Assembly: GCA_964616875.1 (NCBI GenBank)
Contig: CAZTSJ010000201.1
Coordinates: 1-48,629 of the forward strand
Length of the DNA stretch: 48,629 bases
Source: an uncultured Bordetella sp.
Lineage (GTDB): Bacteria; Pseudomonadota; Gammaproteobacteria; Burkholderiales; SG8-39
Reading direction: 5' to 3'
A program made the position numbers and the translations under genes. Shown here one piece after another: positions 7,935 to 16,902 of this stretch. Every line of letters starts with the position of its first letter. Position 1 is the stretch's first letter. The notes beneath the pieces were generated by a model. That model was not told the origin of the DNA. It worked only from the letters and a program-made list of their open reading frames with translations, and searched no databases.

Positions 7935-8660
7935 TTATTTTGCAAGAGAACAATCCCGCGTCTCGTTCATGTCGCGGATCATGTTGGCGTCGGGTACCCA
8001 GTTGCCGCCCTCGAGCTTGAGCACCGAGGAATAGTCCTCGGGCGTGCAGCGGTATTTCTTCTGGTACATGGAGCGGCTGCCCTTGTCGGTGCCGGTGGCG
8101 GTGATCGCCAGCTTGTAGGTGATCCAGCGACGGTCCTGCGACTGCTTGGGCTCGCTCTTGAGCACCTCGATCGAGTGCACGTCGAAGTCCGGCCGGATTT
8201 TTTTCCATGCCGCGGTGAAGATCGCCACAGCCTGCGCGCCGGTGGGCAGGTCGCCCGCCTTGGCGGCGCTCAAGTCCTCGGACTTGCCCACCACCACCTG
8301 CTTGAAGCGCCAGGCGCCGCCGATGTTCTCGAACAGCGACGCCATCTGGAAGCGCGCCTGGGTCTTGTTGGCGCGCTCCACCGTGACGTCGGCCACCTGG
8401 CGCGCGAACGCGCCCTGGCGCTCGATGACGCGCGTCTCCCAGACCCAGCCCCAGGAAGCGTCCACCTCGGTGGTGCGTTCGCTGCTGTAATACTGCACCG
8501 GCCCCTTCTGCTCGATCTTGATGATTTTTTCCGCAGGATAGGTCTTCTTCCAGTGCGCTTCGAGCTGCCCCCGCACCGTTGGCCAACTGATGGCGCTGCC
8601 CTGGGCGTTCGCCGCGGCACAAAATCCGGCGCAGAAGATTGCGATGGCAAGGTGAATCAT
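7935..8660 (-). CDS. Hypothetical secreted protein (distant paralog of 7276..7932)
   Basis: ATG at 8660 is preceded by AGGAGG and gives the signal peptide MIHLAIAIFCAGFCAAANAQ. The upstream 63 codons of the track ORF were rejected. Confidence 0.6.
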   Translation of the reverse strand: MIHLAIAIFCAGFCAAANAQGSAISWPTVRGQLEAHWKKTYPAEKIIKIEQKGPVQYYSSERTTEVDASWGWVWETRVIERQGAFARQVADVTVERANKTQARFQMASLFENIGGAWRFKQVVVGKSEDLSAAKAGDLPTGAQAVAIFTAAWKKIRPDFDVHSIEVLKSEPKQSQDRRWITYKLAITATGTDKGSRSMYQKKYRCTPEDYSSVLKLEGGNWVPDANMIRDMNETRDCSLAK

Positions 8661-8676
8661 GGCTCCTCCTTCGGGT

Positions 8677-9669
8677 TCAGATCCTGAACGATTCCATGGT
8701 TTCGGGTGCGAACAGCGCCGCGGGTGAAATCCGTTTCCTGGACAAGCCCTGCTCGCGGTGATAGCGCAGGAAGGTCTCGAGCACGTGGCGGTTGGGTTCA
8801 AGGCCATAGCTCCACCAATCGGCGCCCATTTCGCGCTTCGCCTCTTCAACGTGCGCCACGAGCCAGGGCAGCATGGCTTTGAGCGCCGCGGTCTCGCCCA
8901 AATCGGCGTAGGTTTTTTTCTGCGCGGCCGCGAAAGCCTTCATGAGTGAGCCCGCGATCCACGGGTGCTTGCGGTACAGCTCGCGTCGGATCACCACCGT
9001 ATGCATGATCGGGAAAATGCGCGTGCGCCGGTAATAGTCCAGCTCCACCGCGGCGAAATCCTTGAACAGGCGCCGCACCGCCTTCGGGCGCGAATGAAGA
9101 GTGGAGGGCGCGCGCGCGCTGTGCAGCGCATCAATATCGCCATCTTCGAGCATGCTTGCGAGCGTCTGCCGCGGGCCGATCGGCTTGACGCGGAATTTCG
9201 CCGGCAGGCTGAGTTTCAGTTTCTCCACGCGGCCCGTTTCTTCCAGCCCGCCGCTCAGGTAGCGCGGGCTGTGCGGCGCGACGCCGAATTCATCGGCCAG
9301 CATGCCGCGGATCCAGACCGCTGCGGTCATCTGGTACTCGGGCACGCCGATGCGCTTCTTCGCGAGCTGTTCAGGGCGCGTGATGCCGCTCCTGGCCGAG
9401 ACGAAGATGCACGAGTGACGGAAAAAACGCGACGGGAACACAGGAATGGCGATAAAGGGGGGATCCTTTTGCTGCAGCGAGAGCACGTAGGAGGAAAGCG
9501 ACATCTCGGCGCAGTCGAACTCGCGCTGGCGCAGCATGCGAAAGAACGTCTCCTCGACCGGCAGGTTGAGGTACGCGAGGTCGATGCCCTCGGCTCGCAC
9601 GCTGCCGTCCGCAAGCGCGCGCGTGCGGTCATAGTCCCAGCAAGCGAGAGAGAGCTTGAGCTTTGCCAT
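8677..9669 (-). CDS. PhtD-like / NMT1-THI5-fold protein (4,5-dihydroxyphthalate decarboxylase family); no signal peptide
   Basis: The N-terminus MAKLKLSLACWDYDRTRALADGSV..EGIDL.YL is typical of this family. 330 aa. Paralog of the fragment at 2..574. Confidence 0.8.
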   Translation of the reverse strand: MAKLKLSLACWDYDRTRALADGSVRAEGIDLAYLNLPVEETFFRMLRQREFDCAEMSLSSYVLSLQQKDPPFIAIPVFPSRFFRHSCIFVSARSGITRPEQLAKKRIGVPEYQMTAAVWIRGMLADEFGVAPHSPRYLSGGLEETGRVEKLKLSLPAKFRVKPIGPRQTLASMLEDGDIDALHSARAPSTLHSRPKAVRRLFKDFAAVELDYYRRTRIFPIMHTVVIRRELYRKHPWIAGSLMKAFAAAQKKTYADLGETAALKAMLPWLVAHVEEAKREMGADWWSYGLEPNRHVLETFLRYHREQGLSRKRISPAALFAPETMESFRI

Positions 9670-9709
9670 CGGGGAAATTAGTATACTTTTCCGCTAAGAG
9701 GCCGCGACG

Positions 9710-10663
9710 ATGAAAATACTGCTGGTATTCATGCTGGTTCTGTCGGGTTCTGCCAGCGCGCAGGAATGGCCGGCCAAACCCATCAGAATGGTGGTGCCCT
9801 ATGCCGCGGGCGGGCTGCCCGACACCATGACGCGGATTCTCGGCGTGCGCCTGAGCGAGGCGATCGGGCAGCAGGTGGTGGTGGAGAATCGCGGCGGCGC
9901 CGGCGGCATATCGGGCACCGAGGCGGTGGCGAAATCCCTACCGGACGGTTACACCCTTCTGGTGGCAGATGTCGGGCAGGTGGCCATCAACCCGCATCTG
10001 TACGCGAATCTTCCCTACGACCCGCAGAAGGATCTCGCCGCGGTCACGCTGCTCGGCACGACTTCGCTTTTCCTCGTAGCGCACCCCGGCGTTCCGGCCA
10101 CGAGCTTCAATGAACTGGTCGCGCTGGCACGTTCGCGTCCCGGGCAGCTCAACTATGGTTCTTCGGGCAGCGGCAGCATCCACCACCTCGCCACCGAGGC
10201 GCTCAAGGCCGCGCTCAAGCTTGAAATCGTTCACGTGCCCTACAAGGGCATGGGCCAGGCGGTGCCGGCGCTGCTCGGCGGGCAGGTGTCGTTCCTCTTT
10301 TCCGCGCTGCCGGCGATCGATTCGCACGTCAAGGCGGGCAAGCTGAAGCTGCTCGCGATCAGCACGCCGAAGCGCTCGGCGCAGGCGCCGGATGTGCCCA
10401 CGGTCGCCGAGCTCGGCGTGCCGGGCTACGATTTCGGGCCCGAAATCGGCGTGCTCGCGCCCGCGGGGACGCCGCCCGCCCTGGTCGCCAGGATCTCGGC
10501 CGAAATCGCCAAGGCGGTGAGGGCGCAGGATGTCTCGCAGCGCTTTGTGCAGCTGGGCATCGAACCCGTCGGCTCGACGCCCGAGCGTTACAACACGATG
10601 ATTCGCGCCGCCTACGATCGTTACGCGCAGGTGGTGAAGACTTCGGGGGCGAAGGCGGAATGA
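9710..10663 (+). CDS. Bug family tripartite tricarboxylate transporter substrate-binding protein (TctC-like)
   Basis: Signal peptide followed by WPAKPIRMVVPYAAGG..D...R, plus the ...NYGSSGSGS.HH and VPYKG... motifs. Confidence 0.9.
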   Translation: MKILLVFMLVLSGSASAQEWPAKPIRMVVPYAAGGLPDTMTRILGVRLSEAIGQQVVVENRGGAGGISGTEAVAKSLPDGYTLLVADVGQVAINPHLYANLPYDPQKDLAAVTLLGTTSLFLVAHPGVPATSFNELVALARSRPGQLNYGSSGSGSIHHLATEALKAALKLEIVHVPYKGMGQAVPALLGGQVSFLFSALPAIDSHVKAGKLKLLAISTPKRSAQAPDVPTVAELGVPGYDFGPEIGVLAPAGTPPALVARISAEIAKAVRAQDVSQRFVQLGIEPVGSTPERYNTMIRAAYDRYAQVVKTSGAKAE

Positions 10664-11475
10664 AGGCGGTCCACTCTGAACTCAAGCGCCTGATCGACGC
10701 GGCCGCGCCCTACTGGGCGGGCGAAGCGGAAGTGTTTCGCAGCTACTGGAACTGGGAGCGGCGCAGCCGCGAGTCCGACCGCCGCTGGCTCGCATTGCAG
10801 TGTTCGAAGGAAATCTGGGGCTCCGGCCTCGCGCCGCTGGACAAGGGTATTTTCCTCGGCCCCGCCGAAGCGCTGGTGGCCGCGTTTCCGCGCATCGACA
10901 TCGAGCTCGACCGCCACGCCGTGCTCGACATCGCCGAAGGCCTGCGCGCCGAGTTCGCGCACTACTGCGCCTTTGCCGACGCCCACGATGCGCTGGCGCT
11001 GCCCGGCGAGCCCAGGCTCAACCCGCACGCGGTGAAGACCGCCTGGAAGGAAGACCTCGAACTCTCGGCGCTGCGCTTTGCGCACAAGAAAGAGAATGCG
11101 AAGCTCGGCGACCGGGCAACCCGTTTCACCGAGGGTGGCTACTGCACGCTGTTTTCCGAAGGCCAGAAACTGAAGCACAGCACGCAAGGGCCGCATGGCC
11201 GGGCCAACGCGCTGATTGCAGAAGCTTGCGCGAGCGTCTACGAGGATGAATTCGGCCACATGCTGAAGGGCATCATCGGCCTGGAGGCCGACGGGCTCGC
11301 CGCGGCGGACTGGTCCACGCTCCAGCGCATGGCGATCGACCAGCTGCGCGCCCGCATCCACATGCGCAACGCGCAGTTCGGCGCTCCGCTTGCAGGCGCC
11401 GCGCTCGAGCGCGCGCTGGCGGGCCGCTGCAATCCGGTCGTGTTCGACTACGGCAAGGCGCGGCTGGCGGCCTAG
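10660..11475 (+). CDS. Hypothetical protein with two E...ExxH motifs (possible ferritin-like diiron-carboxylate fold)
   Basis: 271 aa. RAEFAHY and EDEFGHM, each preceded about 30-40 residues upstream by a Glu (PAEAL; FTEGG). ATGA overlap with the Bug gene. Confidence 0.5.
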   Translation: MKAVHSELKRLIDAAAPYWAGEAEVFRSYWNWERRSRESDRRWLALQCSKEIWGSGLAPLDKGIFLGPAEALVAAFPRIDIELDRHAVLDIAEGLRAEFAHYCAFADAHDALALPGEPRLNPHAVKTAWKEDLELSALRFAHKKENAKLGDRATRFTEGGYCTLFSEGQKLKHSTQGPHGRANALIAEACASVYEDEFGHMLKGIIGLEADGLAAADWSTLQRMAIDQLRARIHMRNAQFGAPLAGAALERALAGRCNPVVFDYGKARLAA

Positions 11476-12194
11476 CTCTGCTGGTCGAGCTGGAGTTGCG
11501 CGCTCAACGTCGCTTCCCTGGGCAGTGCGAGAGACAGCACGCGGCCGCCTTTCGCCTGCGAAAGGCACTGGCAGCGGGGAAAATTCAGGTACTGGCCGAC
11601 CCAGGATCCGTCGGCTGCGGCGCGGATGTCGCTCAGCGAAAACACGTCCAGAGGGCTGTTCAATCCGGTCTGCAATGACTTTCCCAGCGCTTCGCGCGCG
11701 GTCCACAGGACACAGCAGGCCGTCGCATCATCCACGCCGCCCGTCGCGAGCCAGGTCAGTTCCGGGGGCGAGGCCCCCAGTTCGCCGATGATGGTTGCGG
11801 CGGAGACGGCAGCGACGGTTTCCAGGTCGATGCCCATCGGGTACTGCGCCGGAAACGCCAGCGCCACCGCGAGACCGTGCGAGTGGCTCACGCTCACCTG
11901 CGTGGCGCCCGCGTGTGGATGCTGCACGAGCGGCTGGCCGTAGATGCCGGAGCGGATTTCGATCCGCCGCAGGTCGGGCTCCTCGAGCAGCGCGCCGAGC
12001 GCGCGCTTGGCGGCCAGGCGGCCCAGCAGGAAGGACTCCTGTTTCGCGGCGAACTTGAAGCCCGCGAGTTGCGCTTTTTCATTCGCGCTGAGGAATTCTT
12101 CTGCCGCTGTCGCCTCCACCGCGGCAAAGCAGATCCGCTGCTCGCTGCCGCCATGGCGCAGTAGCAAAGACTGCACGCCGGATTTCACGCTCAT
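11472..12194 (-). CDS. 4'-phosphopantetheinyl transferase (Sfp type)
   Basis: ATG at 12194 (ATGA overlap with the oleD stop). Motifs GIDLE and WTAREALGK. About 240 aa. Last gene of the pfa-ole run. Confidence 0.85.
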   Translation of the reverse strand: MSVKSGVQSLLLRHGGSEQRICFAAVEATAAEEFLSANEKAQLAGFKFAAKQESFLLGRLAAKRALGALLEEPDLRRIEIRSGIYGQPLVQHPHAGATQVSVSHSHGLAVALAFPAQYPMGIDLETVAAVSAATIIGELGASPPELTWLATGGVDDATACCVLWTAREALGKSLQTGLNSPLDVFSLSDIRAAADGSWVGQYLNFPRCQCLSQAKGGRVLSLALPREATLSAQLQLDQQS

Positions 12195-13180
12195 GGCTTC
12201 CCCGACGCGGCACGCAGGAGTTCCAGGCCCTCGGCGATGGAGATGCGGGGCGAGTATCCGAGGTCGCGGCGCGCCGCCGAGATGTCGAACCAGTGCGCGG
12301 TGGACAGTTCGTGCACCACGAAGCGCGTCAGGCGCGGCTCGTTCTGGTTGCCGGTAATGCGATGCGCGGTTTCGAGGCCCCAGGCCAGCGCCAGCGCGAG
12401 CCAGACGGGCACGGTGCGCGTGACGGGCGGAGCGCCGGCCGCAGCGAGGAGCCGATTCACCATCTCCCACATCGGCACCGGTTCGCCCTGGGAGATGAAG
12501 TAGACCTTGCCCGCGACCGGCGATCCCGGGGCAAGACGGTCCGCTGCAAGCAGATGCGCTTCGGCGGCGTTGTCCACGTAGACGGTATCGATGAGTCTCG
12601 CGCGCGAGCCGATTTTTCTTAGCTGGCCCGCCTTGGCGCGCGCGGCGAGGCGCGGCAGCAGGTGGTTGTCGCCCGGTCCCCAGACCAGGTGCGGCCGCAG
12701 GCTCACGGTTGCGAGTTGCGCATCGTTGGCTGCGCGCACCAGTTGCTCGGCGATCGCCTTGGTCATGGGGTAGTGGGCTTCGAAATTCCGCGGGTAGGGC
12801 GCGGATTCATCCACGCCCTCCATGTCGCGGCCGTCGAAGACGACGCTGGGCGAGCTCGTATAGACCAGGCGCCGCACGCCGTTCTGCCGGCAGGCGGCAA
12901 TCACGTTCTGCGTGCCGGTAACGTTCGGCAGGTGGTAGTCCTCGTAGTTGCCCCAGATGCCGGGCTTCGCGGCGACGTGAAACACGATGTCGCAGCCCTG
13001 CACTGCCGCGGCCACCGCCGCGGGATCGGCGACGTCGCCGCGCACTTGTTCGACGCCGAGCGCTTGCAATCCATCATGCGCCTGGCGCGAGAAGCTGCGC
13101 ACGCTCGCGCCGCGCTCGAGCAGGCCGCGCACGATCGCCTGACCTATGAATCCCCCGCCGCCGGTGACCAGTGCCTTCAT
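12191..13180 (-). CDS. oleD: OleD: NAD(P)H-dependent 2-alkyl-3-ketoalkanoate reductase (3-beta-HSD / SDR-extended family)
   Basis: ATG at 13180 (ATGA overlap with the oleC stop). TGGGGFIG Rossmann motif and YPMTK (YxxxK). Position after oleABC. Confidence 0.85.
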   Translation of the reverse strand: MKALVTGGGGFIGQAIVRGLLERGASVRSFSRQAHDGLQALGVEQVRGDVADPAAVAAAVQGCDIVFHVAAKPGIWGNYEDYHLPNVTGTQNVIAACRQNGVRRLVYTSSPSVVFDGRDMEGVDESAPYPRNFEAHYPMTKAIAEQLVRAANDAQLATVSLRPHLVWGPGDNHLLPRLAARAKAGQLRKIGSRARLIDTVYVDNAAEAHLLAADRLAPGSPVAGKVYFISQGEPVPMWEMVNRLLAAAGAPPVTRTVPVWLALALAWGLETAHRITGNQNEPRLTRFVVHELSTAHWFDISAARRDLGYSPRISIAEGLELLRAASGKP

Positions 13181-14829
13181 TGCAGCTGCCGGCTCGCCCA
13201 CAGCGCGAGTTTGTCGCGAAAGATCTTGGCGTTGTGGCGCACATCCACCGGAAAGGCGGGGTGGAAGAGGAAAGTCTGGATCTGCCGCGTGAGTTCGTGC
13301 TGCGAGCCCAGTTGGCGCAGCTCGGCGCGAATCGCCTCTTTCGACTCGCTGCGCGCAGCGGCCTCCAGCTCCACGCACAGCACCGGCTCGGTCGCGCCGT
13401 TGCGCTGTACGCCGACGAGCGCGGTGCGCAGGACCTTGGGGCAGGTGTTGAACACGCCTTCGCAGGGGTCCGTGAAGCGGGTGCCCTGCGGCGTGATGAC
13501 GCGGTGCGCCTTGCGGCCGCAGAACCACAGGCGGCCCTGCGCGTCGAAATAACCCACGTCGCCCATGCGATGGTAGAAGCCGCCGCTCTCCGGATCCTGG
13601 ATTTTCGCCAGCGCGGTCGCCTCCGGCAGGTTGAAGTACGTCCGCGTCGCGTGCGCCGCCTGCACCGCGATTTCGCCGATTTCGCCGGTGGGCAGTACCA
13701 GCGCCTCGTCCCAGGTTGCGATCGCCTCGTCCGAAATACGGATGATCTTCGCCTTCAACCCGGCCACCGGGCGGCCGACGCATACGCCCGCGCCAAGGTC
13801 ACTAAGCCTGCGCGTTTCGCCGAGGATCTCGTCGCTGCCGATGGAGGCGACCGGCAGGCACTCGGTCGCGCCGTAGGGCGTGAAAACCTGGGCGCCGCGC
13901 GGCAGCATCGCGGCGAAGCGCTCGAGCACTTTTGCCGACATCGGCGCGCCCGCCGAAATGGTGCGGCGAAGCGTGGGCAGCTTGAGCCCTTTCGCCTCGC
14001 CGTAGCGCCCGACGCGATCGAGCAGCGCGGGCGAGCCGAACATGTTGGTGATGCCGAATTTGTGGATCGCGCTGACGATATGCGCCGGATCCGCGCTCGC
14101 CGGACGCGAGGCGTCCATCTCTGGCACCACCGCCGTCATGCCGAGCGCGGGGCCGAAGAGCGCGAAGAGCGGAAAAGTCGCGAGGTCCATTTCCCCCGGC
14201 TCGATGCCGTACAGGCTGCGGATGTGCGCCACCTGCGCGTTGAAGATTTCGTGCGTGTAGACGGCGCCTTTCGGCGTGCCGGTGCTGCCGCTGGTGAAAA
14301 GTATCGCGGCGGTCTCGTCTGGCGAGGGTTCGATGGCAGTGAGCGGTTGGTCGGGCGGGATCCGCTCGCGCAGTGCGCGCAGGGTGTCGCCGCGCCAGAA
14401 CCATTTCGCGCCCACCGTGACATTGATGCGCACGCTCGCGCGCGCCCAACCAAGCAGCACGCGCGCGGCGTGGGCCTTCGGAATCCCGACGAAGGCTTCG
14501 GGCTGCGCATGGGCCAAGCACCCACCGAGGTTGCGCACGCCGATGCCGGGGTCGATCAGCACCGGAACTGCGCCGGCCTTGAAGAGCGCGAAGGTGAGCG
14601 TAAAAAATTCCAGGCCCGGAGGCACCATCAGCGCGGTTCGCATGCCGCGCCGGATGCCGGCCGCATTGAGGGCGAGCGCGGTGCGGTTGCTGGCGTCTTC
14701 GAGCTCGCGAAAGCTGAGTTGTGCGTAGGCGACCGCGCCGCTCGCATCGCGCCCATGCGCGCAGATGACCGCCGGGCGCGACCCTTGCAGCCGCGCCATG
14801 GGCGCGAGGTGCCCCGCGATGTTAGGCAT
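13177..14829 (-). CDS. oleC: OleC: beta-lactone synthetase (AMP-dependent synthetase/ligase family)
   Basis: 550 aa. FTSGSTGTPKG AMP-binding motif. 8-nt overlap with oleB. Synteny oleA-B-C-D. Confidence 0.9.
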   Translation of the reverse strand: MPNIAGHLAPMARLQGSRPAVICAHGRDASGAVAYAQLSFRELEDASNRTALALNAAGIRRGMRTALMVPPGLEFFTLTFALFKAGAVPVLIDPGIGVRNLGGCLAHAQPEAFVGIPKAHAARVLLGWARASVRINVTVGAKWFWRGDTLRALRERIPPDQPLTAIEPSPDETAAILFTSGSTGTPKGAVYTHEIFNAQVAHIRSLYGIEPGEMDLATFPLFALFGPALGMTAVVPEMDASRPASADPAHIVSAIHKFGITNMFGSPALLDRVGRYGEAKGLKLPTLRRTISAGAPMSAKVLERFAAMLPRGAQVFTPYGATECLPVASIGSDEILGETRRLSDLGAGVCVGRPVAGLKAKIIRISDEAIATWDEALVLPTGEIGEIAVQAAHATRTYFNLPEATALAKIQDPESGGFYHRMGDVGYFDAQGRLWFCGRKAHRVITPQGTRFTDPCEGVFNTCPKVLRTALVGVQRNGATEPVLCVELEAAARSESKEAIRAELRQLGSQHELTRQIQTFLFHPAFPVDVRHNAKIFRDKLALWASRQLQ

Positions 14830-15721
14830 GCGGGTGGCGTGCGAAGAAATCGTCGATCAGGGGCAGGATTTCCTTGCCCGCATCCTCCAGCACGTAATGC
14901 CCCGCGTTCGGGAAGTGGTGCACCTCGGCGCCGGGCAGGAAAGTCTGCCACTCGCGCAGGAAGTGATGGTCGAAGACGAAATCCCGGTCGCCCCAGAGGA
15001 TCAGCGTCGGCGTGTTCCGGAACGAGGGCAGCTTGGCCTGCACTTCGCTCACCAGGTCGTAGCTGGGGTCACCGGGTTGGAGCGGAATATCCTGCACGAA
15101 ACGCAGCAGGCCGGTGCGGTCCTGCGGTGCCCGGTAGGGGAGCAGGTAGGCCTCGCGCACGCGCTGCTCCATCGGCCGGCAGACCGCCCAGCGCGCGAGC
15201 AGGCTGGTAAAGAGCCCCGTATCGCGGATGAGCAGTTCGCCCAGAGGCGTCCTGCGGCACAGCCACAGCGTCGCGGGCAGCTTCTTCGTCTTGGGCAGAT
15301 GAAACGCGGCGCTGTTGAGCAGCACCAGGCGGCCGATTTTTTCGGGATAGCGCGTCGCGTAGGCCATGCCGATCATGCCGCCCCAGTCGTGCATCAGCAG
15401 CGTGATCGGTCCGCGCACGTCGGCCTGCTCGATCAGCGCGGCGAGATCGTCGACGCGGCGGCGCAGCGTGTAGTTGTAGCTCTTCTCATCGGGCTTGTCC
15501 GAGAGTCCGCAGCCGATGTAGTCGGGCGCGATGACGCGGTGCCGGTTGCGCAGGCCGAGCACCAGGTCACGGTAGTAGAACGACCAGGTCGGATTGCCAT
15601 GCAGCATCACCACCGTGTCGCCGCGGCCTTCGTCCAGCACATGCAGCTGGTGACCATTCACGTTCCGGTAGGAACCGGTGAACGGATACAGGTCGTGCTG
15701 GAAACGCACGCCCGTCACCAT
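14822..15721 (-). CDS. oleB: OleB: beta-lactone decarboxylase (alpha/beta-hydrolase, haloalkane-dehalogenase-like)
   Basis: ATG at 15721 (MVTGVRFQ...; 7-nt overlap with the oleA end). HGNPTWSFYYR and the HDWGG nucleophile-Asp motif. Confidence 0.85.
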   Translation of the reverse strand: MVTGVRFQHDLYPFTGSYRNVNGHQLHVLDEGRGDTVVMLHGNPTWSFYYRDLVLGLRNRHRVIAPDYIGCGLSDKPDEKSYNYTLRRRVDDLAALIEQADVRGPITLLMHDWGGMIGMAYATRYPEKIGRLVLLNSAAFHLPKTKKLPATLWLCRRTPLGELLIRDTGLFTSLLARWAVCRPMEQRVREAYLLPYRAPQDRTGLLRFVQDIPLQPGDPSYDLVSEVQAKLPSFRNTPTLILWGDRDFVFDHHFLREWQTFLPGAEVHHFPNAGHYVLEDAGKEILPLIDDFFARHPHA

Positions 15722-16758
15722 TCCAGGCCCATCATGAGACAGGTCAGGCCGCTGCCGATGCCCAGGAAACCGACGCGCTCGCCGGCCTTGAGCGCGCCGC
15801 GTTCGGCGGCGATGGCCGCCGTCACGGGCAGCGCAGCGGTGCCCATGTTGCCGAGAAACCGGTAGGTGGTGTAGTCCTTCTCCTTCGGCAGCTGCAGCGA
15901 CTTGAGGATCGCGTCCTGGTGTCCGCTGCCCACCTGGTGGCAGATGACGCGTTCCACCTGCGCCGGAGTCCAGCCCAGTTCGTCGAGGAATACGCGCCAG
16001 GTCTGCTGGCCGAGTTGCACGCCGTATTTCAGCACCGACACCGAATCGGTGGCCATGAACTGCGACTGCTGCAGCCCGGCGGCGGGCGCGAGGCCCCAGC
16101 GGCACAGCGCATGATGCTCCGGCGCGACCTGCGATACGGCGCCGAGCAGGCGATGACCCGGCGGGCCTGAAAACGATCCGTCGGTCAGCAGCATCGCCAC
16201 CGCGCCGGATCCGCCCGTAAAGGTCGCAATCGCCTCGGCGAACTGGTCCATCTCCACGCCCTGCAGCAGGCGCTCGAGCATGATTTCGTTTATTTCCCGC
16301 GCCGATTCGCAGGACACGACGAAGCCGGCGCGGATCTGCCCCAGTTCGATGCGGTTGGCGATCTCGAGCATGCCGTTCAACACGCCCAGGCAGGCGTTGC
16401 TCAGGTCGTAGACCGACGCCGCGCCCTTCACGCCGAGCGCGTCAGCCACCGCGCAGGCGGTCGCCGGCTCGAAGTTTTCACGGCAGACTCCGGCGTAGAT
16501 CACCACCCCGAGGTCGGCGGCCCGGACCGAAGTCTTCGCCATCGCCTTGCGCGCGGCGGCGGTGGCGCCGGCCGAGAGGCGCGCGTCGGGCTGCCACCAG
16601 CGGCGCTCCGCGATGCCGGTCCAGGCTTCGAGCTGGCCGGGCTGGATGCTCAGGCGCTTGTACACCGGCGCGAGCCGCACCTCCAGTTCTGCCGAAGTGA
16701 CGACCTGAGGTCCGAGCTCGTAGCCCAGGGCGGTGAGGAAAACGCGTCTGTATTTCAA
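15715..16758 (-). CDS. oleA: OleA: head-to-head (non-decarboxylative Claisen) acyl-CoA condensing thiolase, FabH-like
   Basis: 347 aa. SNACLG active-site Cys context and a FabH-like fold pattern. TTG start, with an in-frame TGA two codons upstream. Directly followed by oleBCD. Confidence 0.85.
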   Translation of the reverse strand: MKYRRVFLTALGYELGPQVVTSAELEVRLAPVYKRLSIQPGQLEAWTGIAERRWWQPDARLSAGATAAARKAMAKTSVRAADLGVVIYAGVCRENFEPATACAVADALGVKGAASVYDLSNACLGVLNGMLEIANRIELGQIRAGFVVSCESAREINEIMLERLLQGVEMDQFAEAIATFTGGSGAVAMLLTDGSFSGPPGHRLLGAVSQVAPEHHALCRWGLAPAAGLQQSQFMATDSVSVLKYGVQLGQQTWRVFLDELGWTPAQVERVICHQVGSGHQDAILKSLQLPKEKDYTTYRFLGNMGTAALPVTAAIAAERGALKAGERVGFLGIGSGLTCLMMGLEW

Positions 16759-16761
16759 TGG

Positions 16762-16902
16762 TCAGGCCTTCATCCCGCCTGGCGGTTGCCGTGCTTGAAA
16801 ATCTTGGCTGTCTTCATCGACCGCTCCGGACGAATAGATACCGATCAGATCGCCCGCCTGCGCGTGGGCGACAACCGCCAGGAGGGTGAGCAGGAGCGTC
16901 AT
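16762..16902 (-). CDS. Candidate 46-codon micro-ORF with a signal-peptide-like N-terminus (MTLLLTLLAVVAHAQA/GD...)
   Basis: Own translation; the ORF is below the track size cut-off. Its ATG overlaps the lipoprotein stop (ATGA), and its TGA lies 3 nt before the oleA TTG. It fills the whole gap between the two genes. Confidence 0.25.
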   Translation of the reverse strand: MTLLLTLLAVVAHAQAGDLIGIYSSGAVDEDSQDFQARQPPGGMKA

